Of a stretch of DNA of 64,000 bases, positions 51,434 through 59,520 are shown piece after piece; positions within the stretch are counted from its first letter, which is position 1; the number at the start of each line of letters is the position of its first letter. The stretch lies in the sequence record PQ349265.1, one strand, 5' to 3'. The position numbers and the translations under genes are program-made. The notes beneath the pieces were generated by a model that did no database searches, was not told the DNA's origin, and saw only the letters and a list, made by a program, of their open reading frames with translations. Source of the stretch: Escherichia phage CJY920.

Positions 51434-51817
51434 ATGTATAAAGTGTACGCAGATTATCAGGCTAATCCATCTAAAAAGCCGAATTGTCAAATAGGATGGG
51501 CTCATGATACTTTGCTTGAAGCAGTAGATGCTGCTCAAAAATTAGGATATAAATATGTAGAGATTGTTCAACTACCATCAGGAACAGTTATTACTCTTGA
51601 AGAGTTCAATAATATTAAACCGAACTTTTTACTTTTTGCGGGTGATAATTATTATCCTCGTGGTGGATATTCTGATTTAATCGCGAAAGCCGCTACTGAA
51701 GATGAACTTCGTAATATTATCAAAGAAAATGAAAATAAACCGATGTATGGTTCTAATCGTTTTGACTGGTGGCAAATTGTAAATGCCCATACTCATACTA
51801 TTGTTGATGAAGGCTGA
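51434..51817 (+). CDS. hypothetical protein
   Basis: Track ORF starts upstream at 51395; ATG 51434 with AGGTGA RBS gives 127 aa. Confidence 0.5.
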   Translation: MYKVYADYQANPSKKPNCQIGWAHDTLLEAVDAAQKLGYKYVEIVQLPSGTVITLEEFNNIKPNFLLFAGDNYYPRGGYSDLIAKAATEDELRNIIKENENKPMYGSNRFDWWQIVNAHTHTIVDEG

Positions 51818-51819
51818 TA

Positions 51820-52107
51820 ATGATTCTTTATGCTAAAGTATCGTCCGTTGAAAATGGATATAAATATGATCAAGATGCGGCTAAAGCCTTGATTAATGAT
51901 TATGGCATTTTAACATGTTTTGAAGTTGAAAAGGTTTACATTGACCGTTCATCTTCTCAAGTTAAATTAGTAAAGGAAGACCGTAAATTTAATACAGTAA
52001 ATTTTGATTTCTTTATTGAAACAGAAAAAGGTCCTCTTGAATATGATATTTTCAAGAATCCTTTGAGTCTTGAATGCATCGTAAACATGTATTATCATAA
52101 ATGGTAA
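51820..52107 (+). CDS. hypothetical protein
   Basis: 95-aa ORF with ATG. Confidence 0.5.
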   Translation: MILYAKVSSVENGYKYDQDAAKALINDYGILTCFEVEKVYIDRSSSQVKLVKEDRKFNTVNFDFFIETEKGPLEYDIFKNPLSLECIVNMYYHKW

Positions 52108-52204
52108 ATATGCTTTAAGAATTATTTGTTATTATTAACTCATATCGCACTGATTAATACCCTCTATCATCAAGGGTTCTTGCTTGAGAGCCTTTGTTAA
52201 TAAT

Positions 52205-52277
52205 TGGGAATTAGCCAAGTTGGTAAGGCATAGCACTTTGACTGCTAGATGCAAAGGTTCAAGTCCTTTATTCCCAG
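52205..52277 (+). tRNA. tRNA-Gln (anticodon TTG)
   Basis: Acceptor tgggaat/attccca; anticodon stem tagca/tgcta with loop ctTTGac; T-loop ttcaagt. Confidence 0.8.
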
Positions 52278-52278
52278 C

Positions 52279-52362
52279 GCGAGAATGGCCAAATTGGTAA
52301 AGGCACAGCACTTAAAATGCTGCGGAATGATTTCCTTGTGGGTTCGAGTCCCACTTCTCGTA
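52279..52362 (+). tRNA. tRNA-Leu (anticodon TAA), long variable arm
   Basis: Acceptor gcgagaa/ttctcgt; anticodon stem cagca/tgctg with loop ctTAAaa; T-loop ttcgagt; CCA encoded at 52363-52365. Confidence 0.8.
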
Positions 52363-52370
52363 CCAAATTT

Positions 52371-52442
<72 letters not shown>

Positions 52443-52454
52443 AAATTTAATTTA

Positions 52455-52527
52455 CTCCGTGTAGCTCAGTAGGTAGAGCACCTCACTTGTAATGAGGACG
52501 TCGGCGGTTCGATTCCGTCAATCAGCA
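52455..52527 (+). tRNA. tRNA-Thr-like (anticodon TGT) with non-complementary 5-prime acceptor strand; possible hybrid or pseudogene
   Basis: Canonical D, anticodon (cctca/ctTGTaa/tgagg) and T arms, but 5-prime ctccgtg cannot pair with 3-prime aatcagc. Confidence 0.5.
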
Positions 52528-52533
52528 TATCAA

Positions 52534-52607
52534 GGCCCTGTAGCTCAACGGTTAGCAGCAGTCCCCTCATAAGGGAAAGGTTACCAGTTCGAATCTGGTC
52601 TGGGTCA
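52534..52607 (+). tRNA. tRNA with CAT anticodon (Ile-2/Met type; T4 tRNA-Ile position)
   Basis: Acceptor ggccctg/ctgggtc (one U-U mismatch); anticodon loop ctCATaa; T arm accag-ttcgaat-ctggt; D stem imperfect. Confidence 0.6.
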
Positions 52608-52648
52608 TATTTTGAGAACATAAATACTCTTAGAAATAGGAGATATTT

Positions 52649-53215
52649 ATGTTCCATTACACTTATAAAATAACAAATAAAATTAATAATAAAATTTATA
52701 TTGGTGTGCATTCTACCGAAAATTTAGATGATGGATATATGGGTTCTGGTAAATTATTAAAAAGAGCCCAAGATAAGTATGGTATAGAAAATTTTTCTAA
52801 AGAAATATTAGAGTATTTTGATGATAAAGAATCTATGCTTGAAGCCGAGAAAAATATTGTCACAGAAGAGTTTTTAAATAGATCAGATGTGTATAATTTA
52901 AAACTTGGCGGTGAAGGTGGATGGGACCATTTAAATATTCCTGGGATGCTAAACCGGAAGAAAGATGCTAGCTTAAAAGGAGCTAAATCGTTTAAGTCAC
53001 GGTTTGAAAATGATATTTTACTTCAAGAAAAATATCGTAAAATTGGTTCAAATGTATTTAAACGTTTGTGGTCAACTCCTGAATATAGGGAAAAATTTTT
53101 AAATAATAGCAGATTTTTAAATAAGCATCATACTCCTGAAACTATTAATAAAATGAAAGAAATTCACGCTAAAATAATCACCAGAAAGGAGAAAAGAATT
53201 CCCAATTTGGTATGA
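52649..53215 (+). CDS. segB: GIY-YIG homing endonuclease SegB-like (188 aa; apparent C-terminal continuation in another frame at 53212-53313)
   Basis: YTYKITNKINNKIYIGVH...GYMGSG core; WSTPEYREKF repeat; lies inside the tRNA cluster as T4 segB does. Confidence 0.75.
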   Translation: MFHYTYKITNKINNKIYIGVHSTENLDDGYMGSGKLLKRAQDKYGIENFSKEILEYFDDKESMLEAEKNIVTEEFLNRSDVYNLKLGGEGGWDHLNIPGMLNRKKDASLKGAKSFKSRFENDILLQEKYRKIGSNVFKRLWSTPEYREKFLNNSRFLNKHHTPETINKMKEIHAKIITRKEKRIPNLV

Positions 53216-53313
53216 TGTGGATTCATTCATTAGATGAAAAAGTTTCTAAACGTATTAAGAAAACTGACCCAATTCCAGAAGGATGGTTTAAAGATCGAAA
53301 AATGAAATTTTAA
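53212..53313 (+). CDS. 33-codon ORF, likely frameshifted C-terminal tail of segB
   Basis: ATG overlaps the segB stop (gtATGAtg); MMWIHSLDEKVSKRIKKTDPIPEGWFKDRKMKF; 188+33 = 221 aa, the length I recall for T4 SegB. Confidence 0.35.
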   Translation: MMWIHSLDEKVSKRIKKTDPIPEGWFKDRKMKF

Positions 53314-53316
53314 TTA

Positions 53317-53390
<74 letters not shown>

Positions 53391-53393
53391 CCA

Positions 53394-53710
53394 AACAAGA
53401 AACCGGGTCGCTACCGGTAAGTCGTCGGACTGATGTTCCCTGGGTAAGGAATTGTGTTAATAAATCTTTATGATTTGTTGATGCCCTCTTACATCACAGC
53501 AGAAACGGCGCACAGAATTATCGATTCGAGGAAATATCTTTGCCGTAAGCCGAGTAGCGTTTTTGACGGAACGTTCGGATATGGTCGAGATATGGGCCTT
53601 TTAAAAATATTGAGTAGCGTCAACTACTTAATAACCGGGTTCGAATCCCGGCGTTTCGTACAAACACTTGCCTTAGCAGGTGGAACCCCGACAAGGTTGC
53701 CGCAAGGCTT
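53394..53710 (+). ncRNA. candidate small stable RNA region with tRNA-like elements (position of T4 rnaC/rnaD-type RNAs)
   Basis: No credible ORF; tRNA-like T-arm ccgggttcgaatcccgg at about 53633-53649; several hairpins; ends at a strong terminator. Confidence 0.35.
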
Positions 53711-53738
53711 AGCCCCGACCAAAAGGTTGGGGCTTTTT
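53711..53738 (+). terminator. rho-independent terminator
   Basis: agcccc-gaccaaaaggtt-ggggct followed by ttttt. Confidence 0.6.
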
Positions 53739-53851
53739 GGTATCTAGGCCTTTCTGGACCTCTCTAGGCATCATTTAGTTTCTACCCTTTATAATCCTTT
53801 AATTGCCCCTCCCTGCCCTAGAATTCCCTAAAACTTTTTAAAAAATTTTTC

Positions 53852-53892
53852 ACAAAACTGTTTACATCCCTGTTCTTCCATGGTACTATACA
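53852..53892 (+). promoter_or_regulatory. T4-type early promoter
   Basis: GTTTAC at 53860-53865, 18 nt spacer, TACTAT at 53884-53889. Confidence 0.5.
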
Positions 53893-53932
53893 ACTATCAA
53901 CTACTGATACAGAAAACAACTTGGAGAATAAA

Positions 53933-54196
53933 ATGGATAATTACGGCGAACTGTTCAACTTCTTTATGAAATGTGTTTCAGAAGATTTCGGTCGTACTGT
54001 GAATGATATTAAAGTTATCGGTCCTGACCATCCGATGTTTGAAACTTACGCAGTAATGGGTAATGAAGACGGCCAGTGGTATACTGTAAAAGTTGTGATT
54101 AATATGTTCACAGCAGAAGGTTATGTTAAACTGTCTTCTAAAGTTTACCACGATAACGACGAAATCGCAGAAGAATATTTCAATAATATGAAATAA
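53933..54196 (+). CDS. hypothetical early protein
   Basis: Track ORF starts at TTG 53921; ATG 53933 with GGAG RBS gives 87 aa. Confidence 0.5.
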   Translation: MDNYGELFNFFMKCVSEDFGRTVNDIKVIGPDHPMFETYAVMGNEDGQWYTVKVVINMFTAEGYVKLSSKVYHDNDEIAEEYFNNMK

Positions 54197-54230
54197 GTTT
54201 ACACAGGCTCATGATTGAGATATTATGAGC
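54190..54230 (+). promoter_or_regulatory. T4-type early promoter
   Basis: GTTTAC at 54197-54202, 18 nt spacer, TATTAT at 54221-54226. Confidence 0.5.
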
Positions 54231-54251
54231 CTATAACTTGAGGAGAACATA

Positions 54252-54650
54252 ATGAATATTGAAGATAAAGAAATGCGAGAGTTATATAATTCATTAACAC
54301 CCGAACAACAAAAAGCTGCCAAAGAATTAGAGAAAGCTCTTAGTTTAAGCTTGACAAAAACTGATTGGGCCGCCGTGTATGAAGAAAAAATGAGATCGGA
54401 AAATGAAGCTGTCGAGAGAAATGAATGGATTGTAGACACCAAGATTAGTTCTGATGGATGCTCTGTTGAAGTGTCGGCCGTAATTAAAGGTACTCATGGC
54501 GAAAAATCATGGGGTTGGCATAATGAGGCAAACAAATATATTGTTCTCTCAACGTCAAAAACTTATGGTCAAAAGGTTCCTGTATCCAAAGCTATTATTA
54601 AGCAAGCTCAATGGGAAGCCAATGAAATTTGCCTCGCAAAAATGAAATAA
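54252..54650 (+). CDS. hypothetical early protein
   Basis: 132-aa ORF; GAGGAG RBS. Confidence 0.55.
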   Translation: MNIEDKEMRELYNSLTPEQQKAAKELEKALSLSLTKTDWAAVYEEKMRSENEAVERNEWIVDTKISSDGCSVEVSAVIKGTHGEKSWGWHNEANKYIVLSTSKTYGQKVPVSKAIIKQAQWEANEICLAKMK

Positions 54651-54690
54651 AATGTTTACATCCCTCAAATAACAGGGTATAATACTCTCA
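54645..54690 (+). promoter_or_regulatory. T4-type early promoter
   Basis: GTTTAC at 54654-54659, 18 nt spacer, TATAAT at 54678-54683. Confidence 0.55.
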
Positions 54691-54725
54691 TGGATTTTAA
54701 ATCTTAATTAACCTAAGGAAATACT

Positions 54726-55319
54726 ATGAACACACTGAAGAAAATTGTTGAGTTTATTCGCACTAAACTTGGTTCTGCTATGGCTAAAAATTTATCTGTT
54801 GAAGAACAGTATACTGCCGCAGCAGCAAAACTGCTTGATAAAATTAAAGATCTAAAAACTGCTTCTGTTAAATCTATTAATGAAGAAAAACGTATTCGTG
54901 AACTTGTTATTGAAAAGAATAAACAGGCTGAATCAAAAGAGCGTGAAATTCGCAAGCTTCTTTCTGAAGGTCAAGATGTAACAATGCATGCTAAACTCGG
55001 TTTGCTATATCGTCGAACAGCTGAACAGTTGACTACTAAAGCTGATGGTTATGCTGAAATGCGAATTGAAATCGCCAAGAAAGTAGTTGAGTTAGATGAT
55101 GCTCGTCAAGAACTTGCAGTTAAATTGGAATATATCCGTGAAACTCGAGCAGCGAATGCACTTGGAATTAGTACTGCCGATGATGTAGTTGAAATTGCAG
55201 CACTGACTAAGGTTGATATTGAAGATACTCTTGCCCGAGTTGAAACCTTTAACGGTAATATTTCCGGGGTTGAAACTACCTCTGCCGATGTTCAGGAATA
55301 CATTAATTCTCTGAAATAA
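54726..55319 (+). CDS. coiled-coil protein, possibly PspA/IM30-like
   Basis: 197-aa ORF; long heptad-like charged helices; family assignment is tentative. Confidence 0.4.
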   Translation: MNTLKKIVEFIRTKLGSAMAKNLSVEEQYTAAAAKLLDKIKDLKTASVKSINEEKRIRELVIEKNKQAESKEREIRKLLSEGQDVTMHAKLGLLYRRTAEQLTTKADGYAEMRIEIAKKVVELDDARQELAVKLEYIRETRAANALGISTADDVVEIAALTKVDIEDTLARVETFNGNISGVETTSADVQEYINSLK

Positions 55320-55321
55320 TG

Positions 55322-55339
55322 ATAAGGGGCTTCGGCCCC
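55322..55339 (+). terminator. GC hairpin with UUCG loop
   Basis: aaggggcttcggcccctt directly after the stop at 55319; no clear T-run. Confidence 0.4.
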
Positions 55340-55360
55340 TTATACTTGGAGTAAATAGGA

Positions 55361-55975
55361 ATGAAAATGAAAATGCAAAGTGATTTCAATTCAATGTTTG
55401 AAGAGTTCCAAAGACAGGTTGATGTTCCAGACCAATTACTAAATGCTCTTAAACGTATGGCAGAAGGGCGTAATTATTATTGGGGTTCTTCATATGAAAC
55501 TGATGAAAGTCTTTCTGGAAGATTTTCCAGAGGTAAAAAGTCTTTAATACGTCCTGGAATACTTATTAACAGTATTGAATCAATTCATTCATTGACGTGT
55601 GATTTTGATGTTGAATTTACTGATTTCATTTCTCCTGAATGGTCAGTTTGTTATTTAAACGACGATTTTGATTATCTCGGTGTTTATAGTTTAAGCGACG
55701 CATGGTTTAAACGTAATTTACAAAAGTCAAATTTATTTTATATTGATACTACGGTAAAATTTCAGGGAAAGAAATATTTCTTTACTCTTATAGTTGATTC
55801 TGAAACGAAGCATGAAAATAAACGTATTCTTAGTAAAAGAAATATCTTGAATATTGTTGATGATCTTTTTGATAAATTAGTGGAAAATCCTAATTTTGAA
55901 AGTGATTTATTACTAGAAAAATTTGTTAAGGAATGTAGAGAATATGTCAAAGCCATCACTATACCTTCCAAGTAA
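55361..55975 (+). CDS. hypothetical early protein
   Basis: 204-aa ORF with ATG. Confidence 0.5.
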   Translation: MKMKMQSDFNSMFEEFQRQVDVPDQLLNALKRMAEGRNYYWGSSYETDESLSGRFSRGKKSLIRPGILINSIESIHSLTCDFDVEFTDFISPEWSVCYLNDDFDYLGVYSLSDAWFKRNLQKSNLFYIDTTVKFQGKKYFFTLIVDSETKHENKRILSKRNILNIVDDLFDKLVENPNFESDLLLEKFVKECREYVKAITIPSK

Positions 55976-56336
55976 ACCTTTGAAGTATGAATTAAAGCGC
56001 CAGCTAATTCCTACTGATGTATTAATAGGTCCTGTTATACTCATATCATTTGTAATTCTATTGATTATTGGAGGTGTTTTAGATGTTATGACTGATATTG
56101 ATTCTGGCGAAATACTTGTGTTAATGCTAATTCTTCCATTAATAGTTCCACTTTTATTAGTACCTGTAAATTGGGTAGGATACTGGTATCAAGGAAGGCA
56201 TTATCGTAAACGCGTACGTGATTGGAAAGCACAGTGTAAAAAGATTAAAAAGGAACATCAGCTTAAACTTGCTGCGTATGAATTTGATGAAATTATGAAA
56301 TTTGTTAAGGAATCACGATGCAAAAGCCAAAACTAA
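55944..56336 (+). CDS. membrane protein (two TM helices)
   Basis: Track ORF starts at TTG 55923; ATG 55944 gives 130 aa; hydrophobic stretches VLIGPVILISFVILLIIGGVL and ILVLMLILPLIVPLLLVPV. Confidence 0.5.
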   Translation: MSKPSLYLPSKPLKYELKRQLIPTDVLIGPVILISFVILLIIGGVLDVMTDIDSGEILVLMLILPLIVPLLLVPVNWVGYWYQGRHYRKRVRDWKAQCKKIKKEHQLKLAAYEFDEIMKFVKESRCKSQN

Positions 56337-56497
56337 ATAAAGTCAAATATTCGCTTCCTGAGTCATTTTTAATTTTTGCTGTGGCGTTGGCTGCAGCTCT
56401 TGCGGGTAGTCTTTTTGGATTATTAATTGACTGTCTTATTTTAAACATCGACGGCACAGTAAATATAATAGAAGTTTGGAGTGAACCGCTATACTAA
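56318..56497 (+). CDS. small membrane protein
   Basis: 59-aa ORF below the track cutoff; MQKPKLNKVKYSLPESFLIFAVALAAALAGSLFGLLIDCLIL... Confidence 0.35.
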   Translation: MQKPKLNKVKYSLPESFLIFAVALAAALAGSLFGLLIDCLILNIDGTVNIIEVWSEPLY

Positions 56498-56528
56498 AAT
56501 TATTTCATTATTTTCATTCTTTGGTACC

Positions 56529-56678
56529 ATGCTATATTTTCATTATGATAATTTTAAAATAAATTGGCAAAGAAAAAAGGATTACAAAATACAATTAAAA
56601 GAATATAATAGCTACATGTCTTATATTGAAAATGAATCAATGAAAGAGTTTGTGAGTGATTGCAGGAAAATCAAATGA
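56529..56678 (+). CDS. small protein ending ...CRKIK (start uncertain; GTG at 56481 or ATG at 56529)
   Basis: Track ORF uses GTG 56481; hydrophobic N-terminus; paralogous C-terminus to the ORF at 56973-57164. Confidence 0.3.
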   Translation: MLYFHYDNFKINWQRKKDYKIQLKEYNSYMSYIENESMKEFVSDCRKIK

Positions 56679-57016
56679 TTTTAAAAACTCGCTGGTATGA
56701 TTTAGATGACGGGGATGATGGCATTTCAGTTGATAGAGTTGACTGGAATGGCTGTTCCGAAGATATGAAAAATTTGCTGATTAGGGAGTTTAGAATGGGA
56801 TATCAACCAGTTAAGCCATCTACTGCAACAGATGATAAATTCGTGTGTATTTATAATGGTCGCGCTAAGTTAACGAACGCTGATTGGTTCACAGATAAGA
56901 TTATGATTCTGTGGTATATTATTAGTCTTCCTGTGACATCATTCGTATTTTACTTTTTTTATAAAAAATCCAATGGACAGAATAGGAGATTGGATTCTTT
57001 TAACCATACTTGTTAA
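56675..57016 (+). CDS. hypothetical protein with C-terminal TM segment
   Basis: Track ORF starts at TTG 56660; ATG 56675 (ATGA overlap) gives 113 aa. Confidence 0.45.
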   Translation: MILKTRWYDLDDGDDGISVDRVDWNGCSEDMKNLLIREFRMGYQPVKPSTATDDKFVCIYNGRAKLTNADWFTDKIMILWYIISLPVTSFVFYFFYKKSNGQNRRLDSFNHTC

Positions 57017-57164
57017 TATTTTTACAGCAGCAGTACTATCAGGAATATGGTGCGTGTTCATTGAAATGCCATGGCGTTTACGCAGACAGCAAAAGATTTA
57101 TGATGAAAAGAAATATACTCAAAATTTAAATAACTTTATCACTGAATGCAGGAAATTAAAATGA
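56973..57164 (+). CDS. small membrane protein ending ...CRKLK
   Basis: 63-aa ORF with ATG; hydrophobic N-terminal half. Confidence 0.45.
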   Translation: MDRIGDWILLTILVNIFTAAVLSGIWCVFIEMPWRLRRQQKIYDEKKYTQNLNNFITECRKLK

Positions 57165-57601
57165 AAACATTATCAGCTGGTATTATCTTCATGACAGAAG
57201 ATAAAGATTTATTTATGGGTCGGGTTACTGGTTCTCGTAAGCCTGGAATGATGGCCCATCGCTGGGATATTCCAAAGGGTCGTGTAGAAAGTTCTGATTT
57301 AAGCGCACTAGATGCAGCACGAAGAGAATGTTTAGAAGAGACTGGTTTTAGCAATTATAATCCAGACCTTCTAGAAGACCTAGGTGTATTTAAATATTCT
57401 AGTAATAAAGACTTACAGTTATTTTATTATACGATTCCAGTAGAGCATGAGATGTTTAGAAATTGCCATTGCGAGTCTTATTTTGAAAATAAAGATGGCG
57501 TTATGATTCCAGAGATGGATGCTTTTGCTCTTATTCCTCGTACTCAGTGGCAATATGTGATGGGTCCTTCACTTTACCGAATAATGAACAGCCTCTTTTA
57601 A
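57146..57601 (+). CDS. nudE: Nudix hydrolase NudE (e.1)
   Basis: Nudix box GRVESSDLSALDAARRECLEETG; 151 aa from ATG 57146 (alternative ATG 57161 with AGGA RBS). Confidence 0.8.
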   Translation: MQEIKMKTLSAGIIFMTEDKDLFMGRVTGSRKPGMMAHRWDIPKGRVESSDLSALDAARRECLEETGFSNYNPDLLEDLGVFKYSSNKDLQLFYYTIPVEHEMFRNCHCESYFENKDGVMIPEMDAFALIPRTQWQYVMGPSLYRIMNSLF

Positions 57602-58129
<528 letters not shown>

Positions 58130-58132
<3 letters not shown>

Positions 58133-58170
58133 AGTTGTTTACTTTCTCCTAGAACTGTGATAGTATATTC
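58130..58170 (+). promoter_or_regulatory. T4-type early promoter upstream of the ipII-like gene
   Basis: GTTTAC at 58137-58142, 18 nt spacer, TAGTAT at 58161-58166. Confidence 0.45.
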
Positions 58171-58203
58171 ATAGTTACTAATTAAAATATTTAAAGGAAA
58201 CAT

Positions 58204-58506
58204 ATGAAAACATATCAAGAATTTATTACTGAAGCTCGAGTGAGTGCAGGTAAATTAGAATCCGCTATAAATAAAAAGGCCCATTCATTTCATGATTTGT
58301 CCGATAAAGACCGTAAGAAACTTATAAGCCTTTATATTGACAAAGAGCGTATTCTCGCTCTTCCTGGCGCTAATGAAGGTAAACAGGCCAAGCCTTTGAA
58401 TGCTGTCGAAAAGAAAATTGATAACTTTGCTTCTAAATTCGGTATGTCTATGGATGACCTTCAGCAAGCGGCTATCGAAGCAGCTAAAGTAATTAAAGGT
58501 AAATAA
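58204..58506 (+). CDS. ipII: internal protein (IpII-like) with capsid-targeting leader
   Basis: 100-aa ORF; N-terminal MKTYQEFITEA (CTS with ITE-A cleavage motif); basic. Confidence 0.65.
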   Translation: MKTYQEFITEARVSAGKLESAINKKAHSFHDLSDKDRKKLISLYIDKERILALPGANEGKQAKPLNAVEKKIDNFASKFGMSMDDLQQAAIEAAKVIKGK

Positions 58507-58682
58507 CATGGGAACAACCTGGACCTCATGATTCTATGAGGGATTCCCGCCAACCTGTAATAAGGTCGAGCCCAAGTGCGGTAATGGGTAAATACAGAAA
58601 TGGACAATTCATGCGCCATGGAATGGCCCAAATTTAGAGAGAATAAAATGAGAACATTTTTAACTGGTCCTTATCTATCCTG

Positions 58683-59186
58683 ATGAATGCTTTTACACAC
58701 CATTCTGATGCTAGAGTAGAAGAAATTTGTAAAAACGATTATATCCCACCATTTGAAGACTTACTCAAGCAGTATTGCACACTTCGATTAGATGGTGGCA
58801 GACAATCCGGTAAATCAACTGCTGTGACTAACTTTGCTGCTAATTGGCTGTATGATGGTGGAACAGTTATTGTTCTTTCTAATACTTCAGCTTACGCTAA
58901 AATTTCTGCAGGCCACATTAAAAAAGAATTTTCTCGTTATTCTGGCGATGATATTCGATTCCGCTTATTTACCGATTCTGTCCGTAGTTTTATCGGTAAT
59001 AAAGGAAGCAAGTTCAGAGGTTTATCGCTTTCGCGGATTTTGTATATAATCGATGAGCCTGTTAAATCTCCTGATATGGATAAAATTTACGATATTCATA
59101 TTGAAACTGTGCACCACTGTTGCAATAGTAAATGCTGCATTGGTGGTATTACTCGTCCACAGTTTTTCATAATCGGAATGCAATGA
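58683..59186 (+). CDS. P-loop NTPase-like protein
   Basis: 167-aa ORF; Walker A GGRQSGKST and Walker B-like ILYIIDEP; weak RBS. Confidence 0.45.
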   Translation: MNAFTHHSDARVEEICKNDYIPPFEDLLKQYCTLRLDGGRQSGKSTAVTNFAANWLYDGGTVIVLSNTSAYAKISAGHIKKEFSRYSGDDIRFRLFTDSVRSFIGNKGSKFRGLSLSRILYIIDEPVKSPDMDKIYDIHIETVHHCCNSKCCIGGITRPQFFIIGMQ

Positions 59187-59512
59187 TGACAGACACGCAA
59201 CTTTTCGAATATCTTTATTTTTCGCCAAAAACTATTAAAAATAAATTGGTGAATCATTTTGAAATTTTGGCAAATAACAACGTCTTGAGCGAATTTTATC
59301 CTAAGCAATACAAATTACAAAAAGGCGTATTCAAAGGATGCAGAGTTTTGTGCACTGCTCCTAATGCAAGATTAATGAATAAAATTCCATATTTTACCAT
59401 GGAATTTATTGATGGGCCTTTTAAAGGACTAATTACCCAAAGTTTAATGGCATATGATTCTGAGCCATTTTTAATTAAAGAGCAATCTTGGATAAATTTA
59501 TTTTCTAATTGA
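59183..59512 (+). CDS. hypothetical protein
   Basis: Track ORF starts at 59132; ATGA overlap with the previous stop at 59183 gives 109 aa. Confidence 0.45.
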
Positions 59513-59520
59513 GAGGTTAT

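Noticed and set aside
53454-53747. 97-codon plus-strand ORF after tRNA-Arg
   Set aside because: No RBS, unusual composition, and it spans tRNA-like hairpins and a terminator; more likely a stable-RNA region than a protein gene.
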